Shown here: in pieces, positions 9,562-16,867 of the stretch
Layout: every line of letters begins with the position of its first letter
How positions within the stretch are numbered: position 1 is the first letter of the stretch
Origin: a virus
Lineage: Duplodnaviria > Caudoviricetes
DNA: 59,298 bases
Direction: 5' to 3' (one strand)
IMG/VR virus record: IMGVR_UViG_3300009508_000017
Span: 1 to 59,298 of that record
The notes under the pieces: model-generated
Told to the model about the DNA's origin: nothing
Database searches by the model: none
Seen by the model: the letters and a program-made list of their open reading frames with translations, nothing else
Translations under genes and position numbers: made by a program

Positions 9562-9641
9562 TTTAATTAATTAATAAATAAATCTTCAAAAAATAATTAT
9601 AAAACTTACATCACTAAGGCATTTGCATCGGTGATGATAGT
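9562..9641 (-). promoter_or_regulatory. Conserved early promoter/leader element, copy A
   Basis: ACTATCATCAC box, then a perfect TATAAT (plus-strand attata 9596-9601) with no canonical -35; similar to 3444-3526. Confidence 0.6.
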
Positions 9642-9696
9642 TGTTCGGCCAATACAAACGCTTGCGTATAACATGTGTCAAGTTTATTATACAGTC

Positions 9697-9924
9697 ATGC
9701 CCAGGAACTATGCCAAAGAGTATAAAAACTACCATAAAAAGCCTAAGCAGAAAAAGCGTAGGGCTAACCGCAACACTGCCAGGGCTAAGATGGTAAAAGC
9801 TGGTAAGGCGTCAAAGGGAGATGGAAAAGACGTCCATCACAAGAACCGGAACACTAAAGACAATAGGAGTAAAAACTTAGCTGTCATCTCCAAGAGGAAG
9901 AATCGGTCTTTCAAGAGGAAGTAG
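9697..9924 (+). CDS. Small basic HNH-type endonuclease (75 aa)
   Basis: GDGKDVHHKNRNTKDNRSKNLAV...NR HNH-like motif; ATG 9697 (MPRNYAKEY) preferred over GTG 9631. Confidence 0.75.
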   Translation: MPRNYAKEYKNYHKKPKQKKRRANRNTARAKMVKAGKASKGDGKDVHHKNRNTKDNRSKNLAVISKRKNRSFKRK

Positions 9925-10080
9925 GTTTTCGATCAAAGGCGGACGCTCGAGGCAAAGTCTCACATAAGCACTAAAACTTATATGAGCTTCAAAAGCCACC
10001 TTTACATGTTTTTTATGAAATTCTTTGGGCAGAGAAATATTCACACGAATCTGGGCGCATTTATCGTTTCTTTTTAACAT
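9877..10080 (-). CDS. Ribbon-helix-helix DNA-binding protein
   Basis: RVNISLPKEFHKK...ISFSAYVRLCLE fits the RHH pattern. Confidence 0.65.
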   Translation of the reverse strand: MLKRNDKCAQIRVNISLPKEFHKKHVKVAFEAHISFSAYVRLCLERPPLIENLLPLERPILPLGDDS

Positions 10081-10385
10081 AATATTGTTTTTTATGGAGA
10101 AACAATAAGGTTTTTGGCAACCCCAAACCGCTGTTTTTCAGCAGTTTACGCACCAAGTACGCACTTAAATATTGTTTCTTGTTTTTTTTTAGTACTAAGC
10201 GTACAACAGAGAATTTACAATCACATTCCCCTACCTCCTCTTTTTATTATTATTATTATTATATTCATACATAAAAAAAAACAAGAAACAATATATGGCC
10301 TCTTGAGCCTTTGAATACCAACGACTTATGGAATATTGTTTTTCCTGAGAAACAATATTTTTGGACGAGAAACAATATTTTGACC
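10081..10385. repeat. Iteron-like array of (GAG)AAACAATA(TT) with a 23-bp perfect inverted repeat; candidate origin or operator region
   Basis: Seven copies in both orientations (10081, 10097, 10168, 10285, 10332, 10347, 10367). Inverted repeat 10169-10191/10272-10294 flanks a (TTA)n tract. Confidence 0.8.
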
Positions 10386-10416
10386 AAAAAAAAAGCTACC
10401 CTTGTGAGGTAGCTTT
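10386..10416 (-). terminator. Intrinsic terminator
   Basis: AAAGCTACC-loop-GGTAGCTTT followed by a T run on the minus strand, after the RHH gene 10439..10690. Confidence 0.8.
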
Positions 10417-10438
10417 GCCTAAATGTATAGAGCAAACG

Positions 10439-10690
10439 TTAGGCACGTTTAGTTAACAGGGCCTCCATTTCTTCTTTTAATTTCCGTACTTGAGCTAATT
10501 CTTGCTCAAGGACAGTCATGTCTAGTTCGCTTTGAAGAACTTCCTTGGTTCTTTTTTCCAGTTCAGCGACTATTCCCGACCTGATTATTTCGGACAGTGT
10601 CTTGTGTGACTTCTGCGATATATCGATTAACCTGTCATATAGGGGCTTGTCCAGCCGTACAGCACAAGTTACGTTTTTTACTTCATTCAT
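10439..10690 (-). CDS. Ribbon-helix-helix protein with C-terminal coiled coil (candidate repressor)
   Basis: VTCAVRLDKPLYDRL...TLSEIIRSGI. Confidence 0.8.
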   Translation of the reverse strand: MNEVKNVTCAVRLDKPLYDRLIDISQKSHKTLSEIIRSGIVAELEKRTKEVLQSELDMTVLEQELAQVRKLKEEMEALLTKRA

Positions 10691-10726
10691 GTGTTATATA
10701 GATATTAGGGTTCCTTGAATAGCTCA

Positions 10727-10755
10727 ACATTAGGGTAAAGTTTACACACTGTCAA
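10727..10755 (-). promoter_or_regulatory. Sigma70-type promoter (leftward)
   Basis: TTGACA-17 nt-TAATGT upstream of 10690. Confidence 0.7.
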
Positions 10756-10844
10756 CTCATGTTATGCATAAAAACGACACATAAATAGCTTACTGCTTAC
10801 ACACCAACGACTTAACGTTTATAAAAAAAACCACTTATTCATTC

Positions 10845-10873
10845 TTGCACCCCAATGTATTACATAGTATAAC
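10845..10873 (+). promoter_or_regulatory. Sigma70-type promoter (rightward), probably giving a leaderless mRNA
   Basis: TTGCAC-17 nt-TATAAC, 6 nt before ATG 10880. Confidence 0.6.
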
Positions 10874-10879
10874 AAAACT

Positions 10880-11044
10880 ATGCACTCAGGAGACCCTAAG
10901 AAAGAACTACACAGGCAAGTCAATGTAAGACTAAGTTCAGAGTTGTTTTCAGAGGTAAGTAAGTTAGCTGACTCTGTCACTAGTTCCGTTTCTCAAATCA
11001 TACGAGAAGCTTTGATAAGGTACATCAATGGTAGGAAAAAGTAA
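10880..11044 (+). CDS. Ribbon-helix-helix protein (54 aa; not in ORF track)
   Basis: Translated by hand: MHSGDPKKELHRQVNVRLSSELFSEVSKLADSVTSSVSQIIREALIRYINGRKK; CopG/Arc-like pattern. Confidence 0.85.
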   Translation: MHSGDPKKELHRQVNVRLSSELFSEVSKLADSVTSSVSQIIREALIRYINGRKK

Positions 11045-11246
11045 GCCCGACGCCGAATCCCTTACGGCTTTCTTCGTTCTCGATGTTCTTACCCCATTGA
11101 GGAAACTCTATAATATAGCGTCCAAAGAGACCTGGCGTAAGCTCAGAGCCCAAGGCCTGAAGACCTACAAGGTAAGTGGGTTGGGTGTATGTATTAGACC
11201 ATCCGAACTCAAGCTCTATTTAGATGAGGCCTCTATACAGGAATGA
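11028..11246 (+). CDS. Excisionase-like winged-helix protein
   Basis: ASKETWRKLRAQGLKTYKVSGLGVCIRPSELKLYL resembles HTH_17/Xis proteins. Confidence 0.6.
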   Translation: MVGKSKPDAESLTAFFVLDVLTPLRKLYNIASKETWRKLRAQGLKTYKVSGLGVCIRPSELKLYLDEASIQE

Positions 11247-11680
11247 AAAGCTGTATTTTAGCCGTAGATCCAGGGGTTTCTGGAGGCATGGCGTATTACC
11301 GGGACGGGGAGATAACTCTTCGAAAGTTCACCGACGAAGACGAATTCATAAGTTACGTAAAATCGCATGGAGAATGCGAGCAAGCAGTCGTAGAACATGT
11401 ACCGAAGTATATAGGGAATCAGATGATGGCCTCTCACAGCTTTACACTGGGGTACAACATGGGTTTCGAAGTTGGAGCGATCAAGGGCTTGGATATACCG
11501 GTGGACCTCGTTCGCCCTCAGAAATGGCAAGGCTCGATTCCTGGACTGAAGGGGGTTACTGGACACAAGAGAAAGAAACTTTTAAAGGAACACGCGCAGA
11601 GACTGTATCCTGGCTTGAAGGTTACGCTAGCAACTGCGGACGCCCTACTAATTTTAAACCACTACCTAAAGATGACATGA
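11243..11680 (+). CDS. RuvC-like Holliday junction resolvase
   Basis: ILAVDPG, VVEHV, RPQKWQ and ADALLI motifs. Confidence 0.85.
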   Translation: MKSCILAVDPGVSGGMAYYRDGEITLRKFTDEDEFISYVKSHGECEQAVVEHVPKYIGNQMMASHSFTLGYNMGFEVGAIKGLDIPVDLVRPQKWQGSIPGLKGVTGHKRKKLLKEHAQRLYPGLKVTLATADALLILNHYLKMT

Positions 11681-11919
11681 AAAAAAGACCAAAGAAAAAG
11701 ATGGGTACTTCTAAGTTCCCTGGCTACTCGGCTCCTCCTGAGCCCAGTGCTGACACCTACATTCCCAACTATAGTTGGAGACATACAATGAAGTCTGTTA
11801 AACCCGAAACCAATAAAAGCAATGTATCGCTATTTACTGTGGTTCTTAGGACTGTGCTTCGTGGGTACGGTCTTATTAAATCCTGCTTGTGCCGGATCGT
11901 CTGTACTAAAAAAGACTAA
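11677..11919 (+). CDS. Hypothetical protein (80 aa)
   Basis: ATGA overlap with the resolvase stop; the 3' part of listed ORF 11224..11919. Confidence 0.5.
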   Translation: MKKRPKKKMGTSKFPGYSAPPEPSADTYIPNYSWRHTMKSVKPETNKSNVSLFTVVLRTVLRGYGLIKSCLCRIVCTKKD

Positions 11920-12046
11920 AAACTCTGATAGTAGTTCCCATAAATGCTGTAAAGAGTAGGGTTTCCGGTTTTTTTTCGGTTTTTTTGATTATTTTATTCA
12001 CTTTCTGTGTGATAAGTGTATAACTAAGTGCTTATCTGTTAAACAT

Positions 12047-12385
12047 ATGAAATGTATTATTTGTGGTAAAAACAAGACGAACACCGTTGATTCACGTAAG
12101 AAGGAAAACTACGTACACCGCAGGAGGGAATGTCCACGTTGTGGAACAAGATTCTCTACTTCCGAGTACACCAACAAGCACATTATCGAGCTCCAAAAGT
12201 CTTATCGAGATCTCGAAGAAGAACTTGAAGGGCTTCAAGCCTGGAAAGAACTTGTGGAAAAACGTACCCACGGCTATTCGCTATGCGAAATCCCCGACCG
12301 TTCACTACAAGGGTCACCACAACTGCGATCCCGAAGTAGACGTAAGGCTGGCAGAGATGTGCGAGAAGGCGTTCGTAACGGGTGA
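12047..12385 (+). CDS. NrdR N-terminal zinc-ribbon-like protein
   Basis: MKCIICG...TVDSR...RRRECPRCGTRFSTSE followed by a coiled coil; no ATP cone. Confidence 0.75.
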   Translation: MKCIICGKNKTNTVDSRKKENYVHRRRECPRCGTRFSTSEYTNKHIIELQKSYRDLEEELEGLQAWKELVEKRTHGYSLCEIPDRSLQGSPQLRSRSRRKAGRDVREGVRNG

Positions 12386-12572
12386 GCTTGAATGTAGAGG
12401 TTATACTCTTGAAGAGATAGGTAATTACGTTGGCATAAGTCGTGAAAGGATCCGCCAGATCCAAGACATCGCACTAAATAATCTAAGAGGTTATATAAAA
12501 CAGGCATTTGGATGGGAGTTAGATTTAAGAGATCTGCTTCGCAACACGGAGACGAACTATGACGACCTCTAA
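12252..12572 (+). CDS. Sigma70 region-4-like HTH protein (start uncertain: TTG 12252 or ATG 12357)
   Basis: YTLEEIGNYVGISRERIRQIQDIAL is a near-consensus region 4.2. Confidence 0.75.
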   Translation: MWKNVPTAIRYAKSPTVHYKGHHNCDPEVDVRLAEMCEKAFVTGELECRGYTLEEIGNYVGISRERIRQIQDIALNNLRGYIKQAFGWELDLRDLLRNTETNYDDL

Positions 12573-13878
12573 AGTAGAATTATATTCGTGGCAGAAAGGT
12601 CATGCACAAAAGCTCCACGATTCTTTATCTAAGTACGGGGTAGCAAAGGACGGCTCTGACACAGGCACTGGCAAGACTGTTGTAGCAGTTAAGGTAATCA
12701 AAGACCTAGGCCTAGCGCCCTTCGTCATTTGCCCAAAGGCTGTTATTCCAAGCTGGAGTCAGTGGGTCAAAGAACTCTTCCCCTACCTCGACCCTTCTCA
12801 AGTCGTACACAATTACGAAAAGCTAAAGGGAGGAAAGACTTTATATATCAAACGCAAGGGCAAGGGTTATGAGTGGCAGATCAATCGTGATAAGTTGGTC
12901 ATAGTTTTTGACGAGGATCATTACTGCAAGGGAGAAAAGTCTCTCAATTCTAAGATGCTTCGAGCAGCTAAGCGTCAGGGTTATAAGCTTCTATGTTTAG
13001 GTGCGACCTCATGTTCCTCTCCTCTCGACATGAAAGCCTTGGGTTATGCTTTAGACTTGCACGTCTCTTCAGATTTTTGGTCATGGTGTCAGCAAAACCG
13101 TTGCCGTCCAGGTCAGTGGGGTGGGCTCGAGTATTTTGGTGGAGATGAGCATAAGAAAAAACTGCATGACATGATCTATGCTAAAGGCTCACGTATTTCG
13201 ATTGCTGATCTACCGGCTGGCACCTTCCCTGACAATTTAGTTTCTCCAAACATATACGAGATGAAGAATGTCCATGACATAGATGTGTTATATGAGGACA
13301 TCATGGATGAAATAGAACAGTTAGAAGACGAGGAAGACGATCGGTTAGCTATTACTAAGATACTAGATGAGCGTAGAGAGATCGAACACTACAAGGTAGA
13401 TCTGTTTGCTGACTTGGCTCAGGAGTATTTGAAGGAAGGCAACTCAGTCGTAGTGTTTGTAAATTTCACCGACACTTTAGAACAACTTGCAGCGACCATG
13501 TCTTCTATGCACGATGTCAATCCCCTTACGGTCTATGGCGGCCAGAGTTCAACCATGCGACAAGCTAGTTTAGAACTATTCCAATCTAACAAAAGCAAGA
13601 TGCTTATCGCCACAATACAGAGTGGTGGTGTTGGAATTAATTTACACGATGTTCATGGTGGGCATCCAAGGCGAACGATAATGAGCCCTACCTTTTCAGC
13701 CATCGACATGAAGCAGGCTTTAGGTAGATGTTACCGCGCCGGAGGTATGACACCTGTAATACAAAATTTAGTCTTCGCTGCTAATACCGTAGAAGAATAC
13801 GTGTACCGAAAAGTTAAGGCGAAAATCAATAATATTGACCTAATTAACGATAGAGACGTGACACCATGTGGGATCTAG
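12559..13878 (+). CDS. Superfamily 2 (SNF2-like) DNA helicase
   Basis: SDTGTGKT, FDEDH, GAT, GVGINL and QALGRCYRAG motifs. Confidence 0.9.
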   Translation: MTTSKVELYSWQKGHAQKLHDSLSKYGVAKDGSDTGTGKTVVAVKVIKDLGLAPFVICPKAVIPSWSQWVKELFPYLDPSQVVHNYEKLKGGKTLYIKRKGKGYEWQINRDKLVIVFDEDHYCKGEKSLNSKMLRAAKRQGYKLLCLGATSCSSPLDMKALGYALDLHVSSDFWSWCQQNRCRPGQWGGLEYFGGDEHKKKLHDMIYAKGSRISIADLPAGTFPDNLVSPNIYEMKNVHDIDVLYEDIMDEIEQLEDEEDDRLAITKILDERREIEHYKVDLFADLAQEYLKEGNSVVVFVNFTDTLEQLAATMSSMHDVNPLTVYGGQSSTMRQASLELFQSNKSKMLIATIQSGGVGINLHDVHGGHPRRTIMSPTFSAIDMKQALGRCYRAGGMTPVIQNLVFAANTVEEYVYRKVKAKINNIDLINDRDVTPCGI

Positions 13879-13997
13879 ATACAATCAAAGAGATTAATAA
13901 ATGTTTACCGCGTAAACATGACACCAAGCACATGTCGAAATTATGGCGTTATTTCGACGCATGGAGAAAGCATTTGTTTAACAAGAAAAAAAAATAA
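13866..13997 (+). CDS. Small hypothetical protein (43 aa; not in ORF track)
   Basis: MWDLDTIKEINKCLPRKHDTKHMSKLWRYFDAWRKHLFNKKKK bridges the helicase and ATG 13999. Confidence 0.5.
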   Translation: MWDLDTIKEINKCLPRKHDTKHMSKLWRYFDAWRKHLFNKKKK

Positions 13998-13998
13998 T

Positions 13999-14310
13999 AT
14001 GGGATACTATAGAATGGAAGAAGAAAGCGAAGGAGGGGACGGAGAGTTCCACAAAATTTCTTTAAAGAAATTGGAAGACTTACCTCCCGAGATATACAAA
14101 GAGCTGGTCGAAAGATCGTTAGCTCTAGCTACTCGGATCAAGGAAAGATCTGACAAGCTAAAGTCTGTGATTGGAATCACAACTATAGAAGGCTCGGAAG
14201 CCGCAGAAGACGCGTTTTGGAGGACAGCTAGTATAGAACAGTTAGCTTTCTTCGAAATGCAAATCAACAATATACACACCTGTCTAGAAGACCTAATAAA
14301 CACCAAATAA
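13999..14310 (+). CDS. Hypothetical protein (103 aa)
   Basis: ATG 13999 preferred because it follows the stop of the small ORF. Confidence 0.65.
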   Translation: MGYYRMEEESEGGDGEFHKISLKKLEDLPPEIYKELVERSLALATRIKERSDKLKSVIGITTIEGSEAAEDAFWRTASIEQLAFFEMQINNIHTCLEDLINTK

Positions 14311-14311
14311 C

Positions 14312-14632
14312 ATGACAAAAGAAAAAGAAAAAGAAGAAGAAGTAGGAGAAGAAGAGCTCTCTCGCTATGAGGAACTGGTAAAAGAACGTTTAGAACTTTT
14401 GAAAAAAGGTTTCGACGATTTCCCCAGCGTAGAAGGAGATGAAGAGGGTAATAAACTGCCAGGGTTTATAATGATGCACATCGCTCAGTTATATACTCGA
14501 CTGGATCTGACTCTTGGAGAGATGGAAGAAGTACAGACTAAGGTTCATACCCTTATTAAAGCTTCTCTTCCCGACATGTACGCCCAGGCAAAGGAAGACT
14601 TCGAAAAGGAGTTAGCTAAAGAGCCAGCATGA
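14312..14632 (+). CDS. Hypothetical acidic helical protein
   Basis: Coupled ORF in the replication operon. Confidence 0.7.
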   Translation: MTKEKEKEEEVGEEELSRYEELVKERLELLKKGFDDFPSVEGDEEGNKLPGFIMMHIAQLYTRLDLTLGEMEEVQTKVHTLIKASLPDMYAQAKEDFEKELAKEPA

Positions 14633-14892
14633 GCGGACCTGACGCACATCATAAATTGGGCCCCTCTACACTTAAAAATGTAGAGGTGTGCCCAGGCTTC
14701 AGAAGTACCAACGAGGACAATGTATTTACAATTGAGGGTACTAAAATGCACGAAGCTGCGGAAACAGAAAACTTTACAGGCTTGGAGGAAGAACAAGAAG
14801 TCATGGTAGCTAAAGCGCTAGCATACAAGCAAAGCCTTGAAGATAAAGATTCCGAAACAATATTAGAACAAAGAGTAACAATAAGATTATGA
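14629..14892 (+). CDS. Cas4-like/DUF2800 PD-(D/E)XK exonuclease, N-terminal part
   Basis: HHKLGPST...CPG, EGTKMHEAAE and EQRV motifs of the family N-terminus. Confidence 0.8.
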   Translation: MSGPDAHHKLGPSTLKNVEVCPGFRSTNEDNVFTIEGTKMHEAAETENFTGLEEEQEVMVAKALAYKQSLEDKDSETILEQRVTIRL

Positions 14893-14920
14893 TTTTTAAA
14901 ACAATAATACTGATAGTAGT

Positions 14921-15769
14921 ATGAACGCAGATTTAATTACTGAGATATTTGGGACTGTTGATGTAACCGTTCTCAAAAAAGCCAAAGAGCATGTCGACAT
15001 AGCTGACTATAAGTTTGGTAGAACTAGGGTAACTCATGCCGAGGAAAACATCCAAGGACATGCTTACATGGTAGGGACCTTTGACATGTACCCTTGGGCT
15101 AAAACGGTAACCGTACACTTCATTACTCCACGCCTAGACGAGGTAACAAAGCACACATACCATAGGAAAGACCTTGAATGGCACCGGCTTAGAGTAAAAG
15201 TAATTATTGAAAGAGCCACAGAGCCCGAACCTAAACTGAACCCGAGAACTGAGGTGTGTAGGTTTTGTAAAAACAAAGTCTCATGTCCAGCCCTTCACGA
15301 CCAACTATTACCGCTTGCTAAAAAATATGACTCCAACAACTTTGCTATTGATCTCCTTAAGAATTACAGCCCATCAGCTGTGGAAGACCCTCAAATATTA
15401 TCTCGTATGCTTGAAGTCGCTCCCGTCATGGAGGCCTGGGCGAAAGCAGCTAAGGCGAAGGCGTTGGAAATAGCTACTGAAACTGGTGATGAAATTCCAG
15501 GGTATGAAGTAAGATATAAAAACCCAGCAACAAAGATCAAAAATACACAGGAAGCTTTTGATGCACTTGAAGAACATTTCAATGCTGAAGAATTCATGGA
15601 AGTTTGTGATGTGAGCATAGCTAAGTTGGCTAAAGCACTTTCAAACAAACTACCTAGAGGTGAGAAGAAAAGCGCAAGGCCCACTATTGAACTGGCATTG
15701 ATGGCTAAAGACATCATCCCAAAAGACGATGATGTAGATAAATCACCATATTTAAAGAAAGTTAGTTGA
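14921..15769 (+). CDS. Cas4-like/DUF2800 PD-(D/E)XK exonuclease, C-terminal part
   Basis: FGTVD, DYKFG, NIQ...Y, CRFC...CP and IPGY motifs. Confidence 0.85.
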   Translation: MNADLITEIFGTVDVTVLKKAKEHVDIADYKFGRTRVTHAEENIQGHAYMVGTFDMYPWAKTVTVHFITPRLDEVTKHTYHRKDLEWHRLRVKVIIERATEPEPKLNPRTEVCRFCKNKVSCPALHDQLLPLAKKYDSNNFAIDLLKNYSPSAVEDPQILSRMLEVAPVMEAWAKAAKAKALEIATETGDEIPGYEVRYKNPATKIKNTQEAFDALEEHFNAEEFMEVCDVSIAKLAKALSNKLPRGEKKSARPTIELALMAKDIIPKDDDVDKSPYLKKVS

Positions 15770-15794
15770 CGCATTGCCAACTACAACGTATAAC
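15766..15794 (+). promoter_or_regulatory. Sigma70-type promoter
   Basis: TTGACG-17 nt-TATAAC upstream of 15841. Confidence 0.65.
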
Positions 15795-15840
15795 AAATTA
15801 GAACAAATCAATTTCCTATATAACAAAAAGAAAAAAGACA

Positions 15841-16578
15841 ATGAGTAAAGACACAATGAGTATCGACGAAGCAATAGGCACAGAAGAAATAGTAACAGGA
15901 GCTCCTTCGGGAACCCTCCAAACTATGACTAATGCCGGAGTAGTGGGACAGGTAGATCGTGAAGACGTTCGCTTCCCAAAGATTCAAATAGTTCAAGGGG
16001 TTGGACCTCTTAGCGAGCGTGATGAGTTCAAAAAAGGTGACATCATCCTTGATGGTGAAACTCGCATCGGCGGAAACGGTGATGGGGTTGAGATCACAGT
16101 TCTCCAGATTGGTAAGCAGTTCGAGGAGGTAGTCCCTTATGACGGTGACGACATCCCTCGTATTGTTGACACGAAGGAGGAGGTTCTAAAACTGGGCGGA
16201 ACAACTGAAGGTCATCGTGACGGTGGCAAGTGGGTTGGACCGACATGGAGAGCTATAGCAGATGCAATGGTTTGTATCGAAGCTCCTAAAGGTATCGACA
16301 AAGACCAGCTGGATGTAGCGTTCCCTTTCGAAGCTCCTAAATCAAAAGGTAAGTTTACCTTTGCTCGATGGGTGATCAAAGGTGTGGCTTACAAGTCAGC
16401 TGCCGTTGAGATATTCTCAGCAGCTTCTATGTACTACCGTGACGGATTGCGCAAAGGTACTTTTCGGGTTGATACCACGAAGAGAACCTTTGGTCCCAAC
16501 ACTGTTATGGTACCTACCGTACGTAAAGGTAAGCGTAACGACCCTGAGTTTTCTTCTTGGTTAAGCGAGTTCGCTTAA
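15841..16578 (+). CDS. Putative single-stranded DNA-binding/recombination protein
   Basis: DVRFPKIQIVQG motif; lies between the exonuclease and the polymerase; has its own promoter and terminator. Confidence 0.55.
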   Translation: MSKDTMSIDEAIGTEEIVTGAPSGTLQTMTNAGVVGQVDREDVRFPKIQIVQGVGPLSERDEFKKGDIILDGETRIGGNGDGVEITVLQIGKQFEEVVPYDGDDIPRIVDTKEEVLKLGGTTEGHRDGGKWVGPTWRAIADAMVCIEAPKGIDKDQLDVAFPFEAPKSKGKFTFARWVIKGVAYKSAAVEIFSAASMYYRDGLRKGTFRVDTTKRTFGPNTVMVPTVRKGKRNDPEFSSWLSEFA

Positions 16579-16590
16579 TCGTGTTCATTG

Positions 16591-16637
16591 GGGAGTCGGG
16601 TTTCATGGGGTATGTTAGCCCGGCTCCCTATATTTTC
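16591..16637 (+). terminator. Long hairpin terminator
   Basis: GGGAGTCGGGTT...AGCCCGGCTCCC followed by TATATTTT. Confidence 0.7.
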
Positions 16638-16639
16638 AT

Positions 16640-16867
16640 ATGAGACCAGAAAAAAAAGCAAAAGCTTTTAAAAAAGTTCACGAACTTAGCAAGAACGTGG
16701 GCATAAGTAGAGCAGTAAAAGCTGTCGGTGGCGTCAGTCGCTATGGCTATTATAAGTGGTTAACCCGCCACGGCTTGAAACCTATATCACGATTTAATTT
16801 ACAGCATGACCAAGAAGACCAAGAAGAAACCAATAGTCTGCGCATTCGACACGGAGACGGAGTATGA
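16640..16867 (+). CDS. Small HTH protein
   Basis: GISRAVKAVGGVSRYGYYKWL. Confidence 0.6.
   Translation: MRPEKKAKAFKKVHELSKNVGISRAVKAVGGVSRYGYYKWLTRHGLKPISRFNLQHDQEDQEETNSLRIRHGDGV

Noticed and set aside
10114-10314. Listed 66-aa ORF
   Set aside because: Runs through the repeat array and (TTA)n tract; low-complexity translation.
10081-10385. CRISPR array
   Set aside because: The repeats are short, in mixed orientation and irregularly spaced. The Cas4-like gene is a usual phage replication nuclease.
11224-11676. 5' part of listed ORF 11224..11919
   Set aside because: Shadow frame over the RuvC-like gene; only the part from ATG 11677 was kept.
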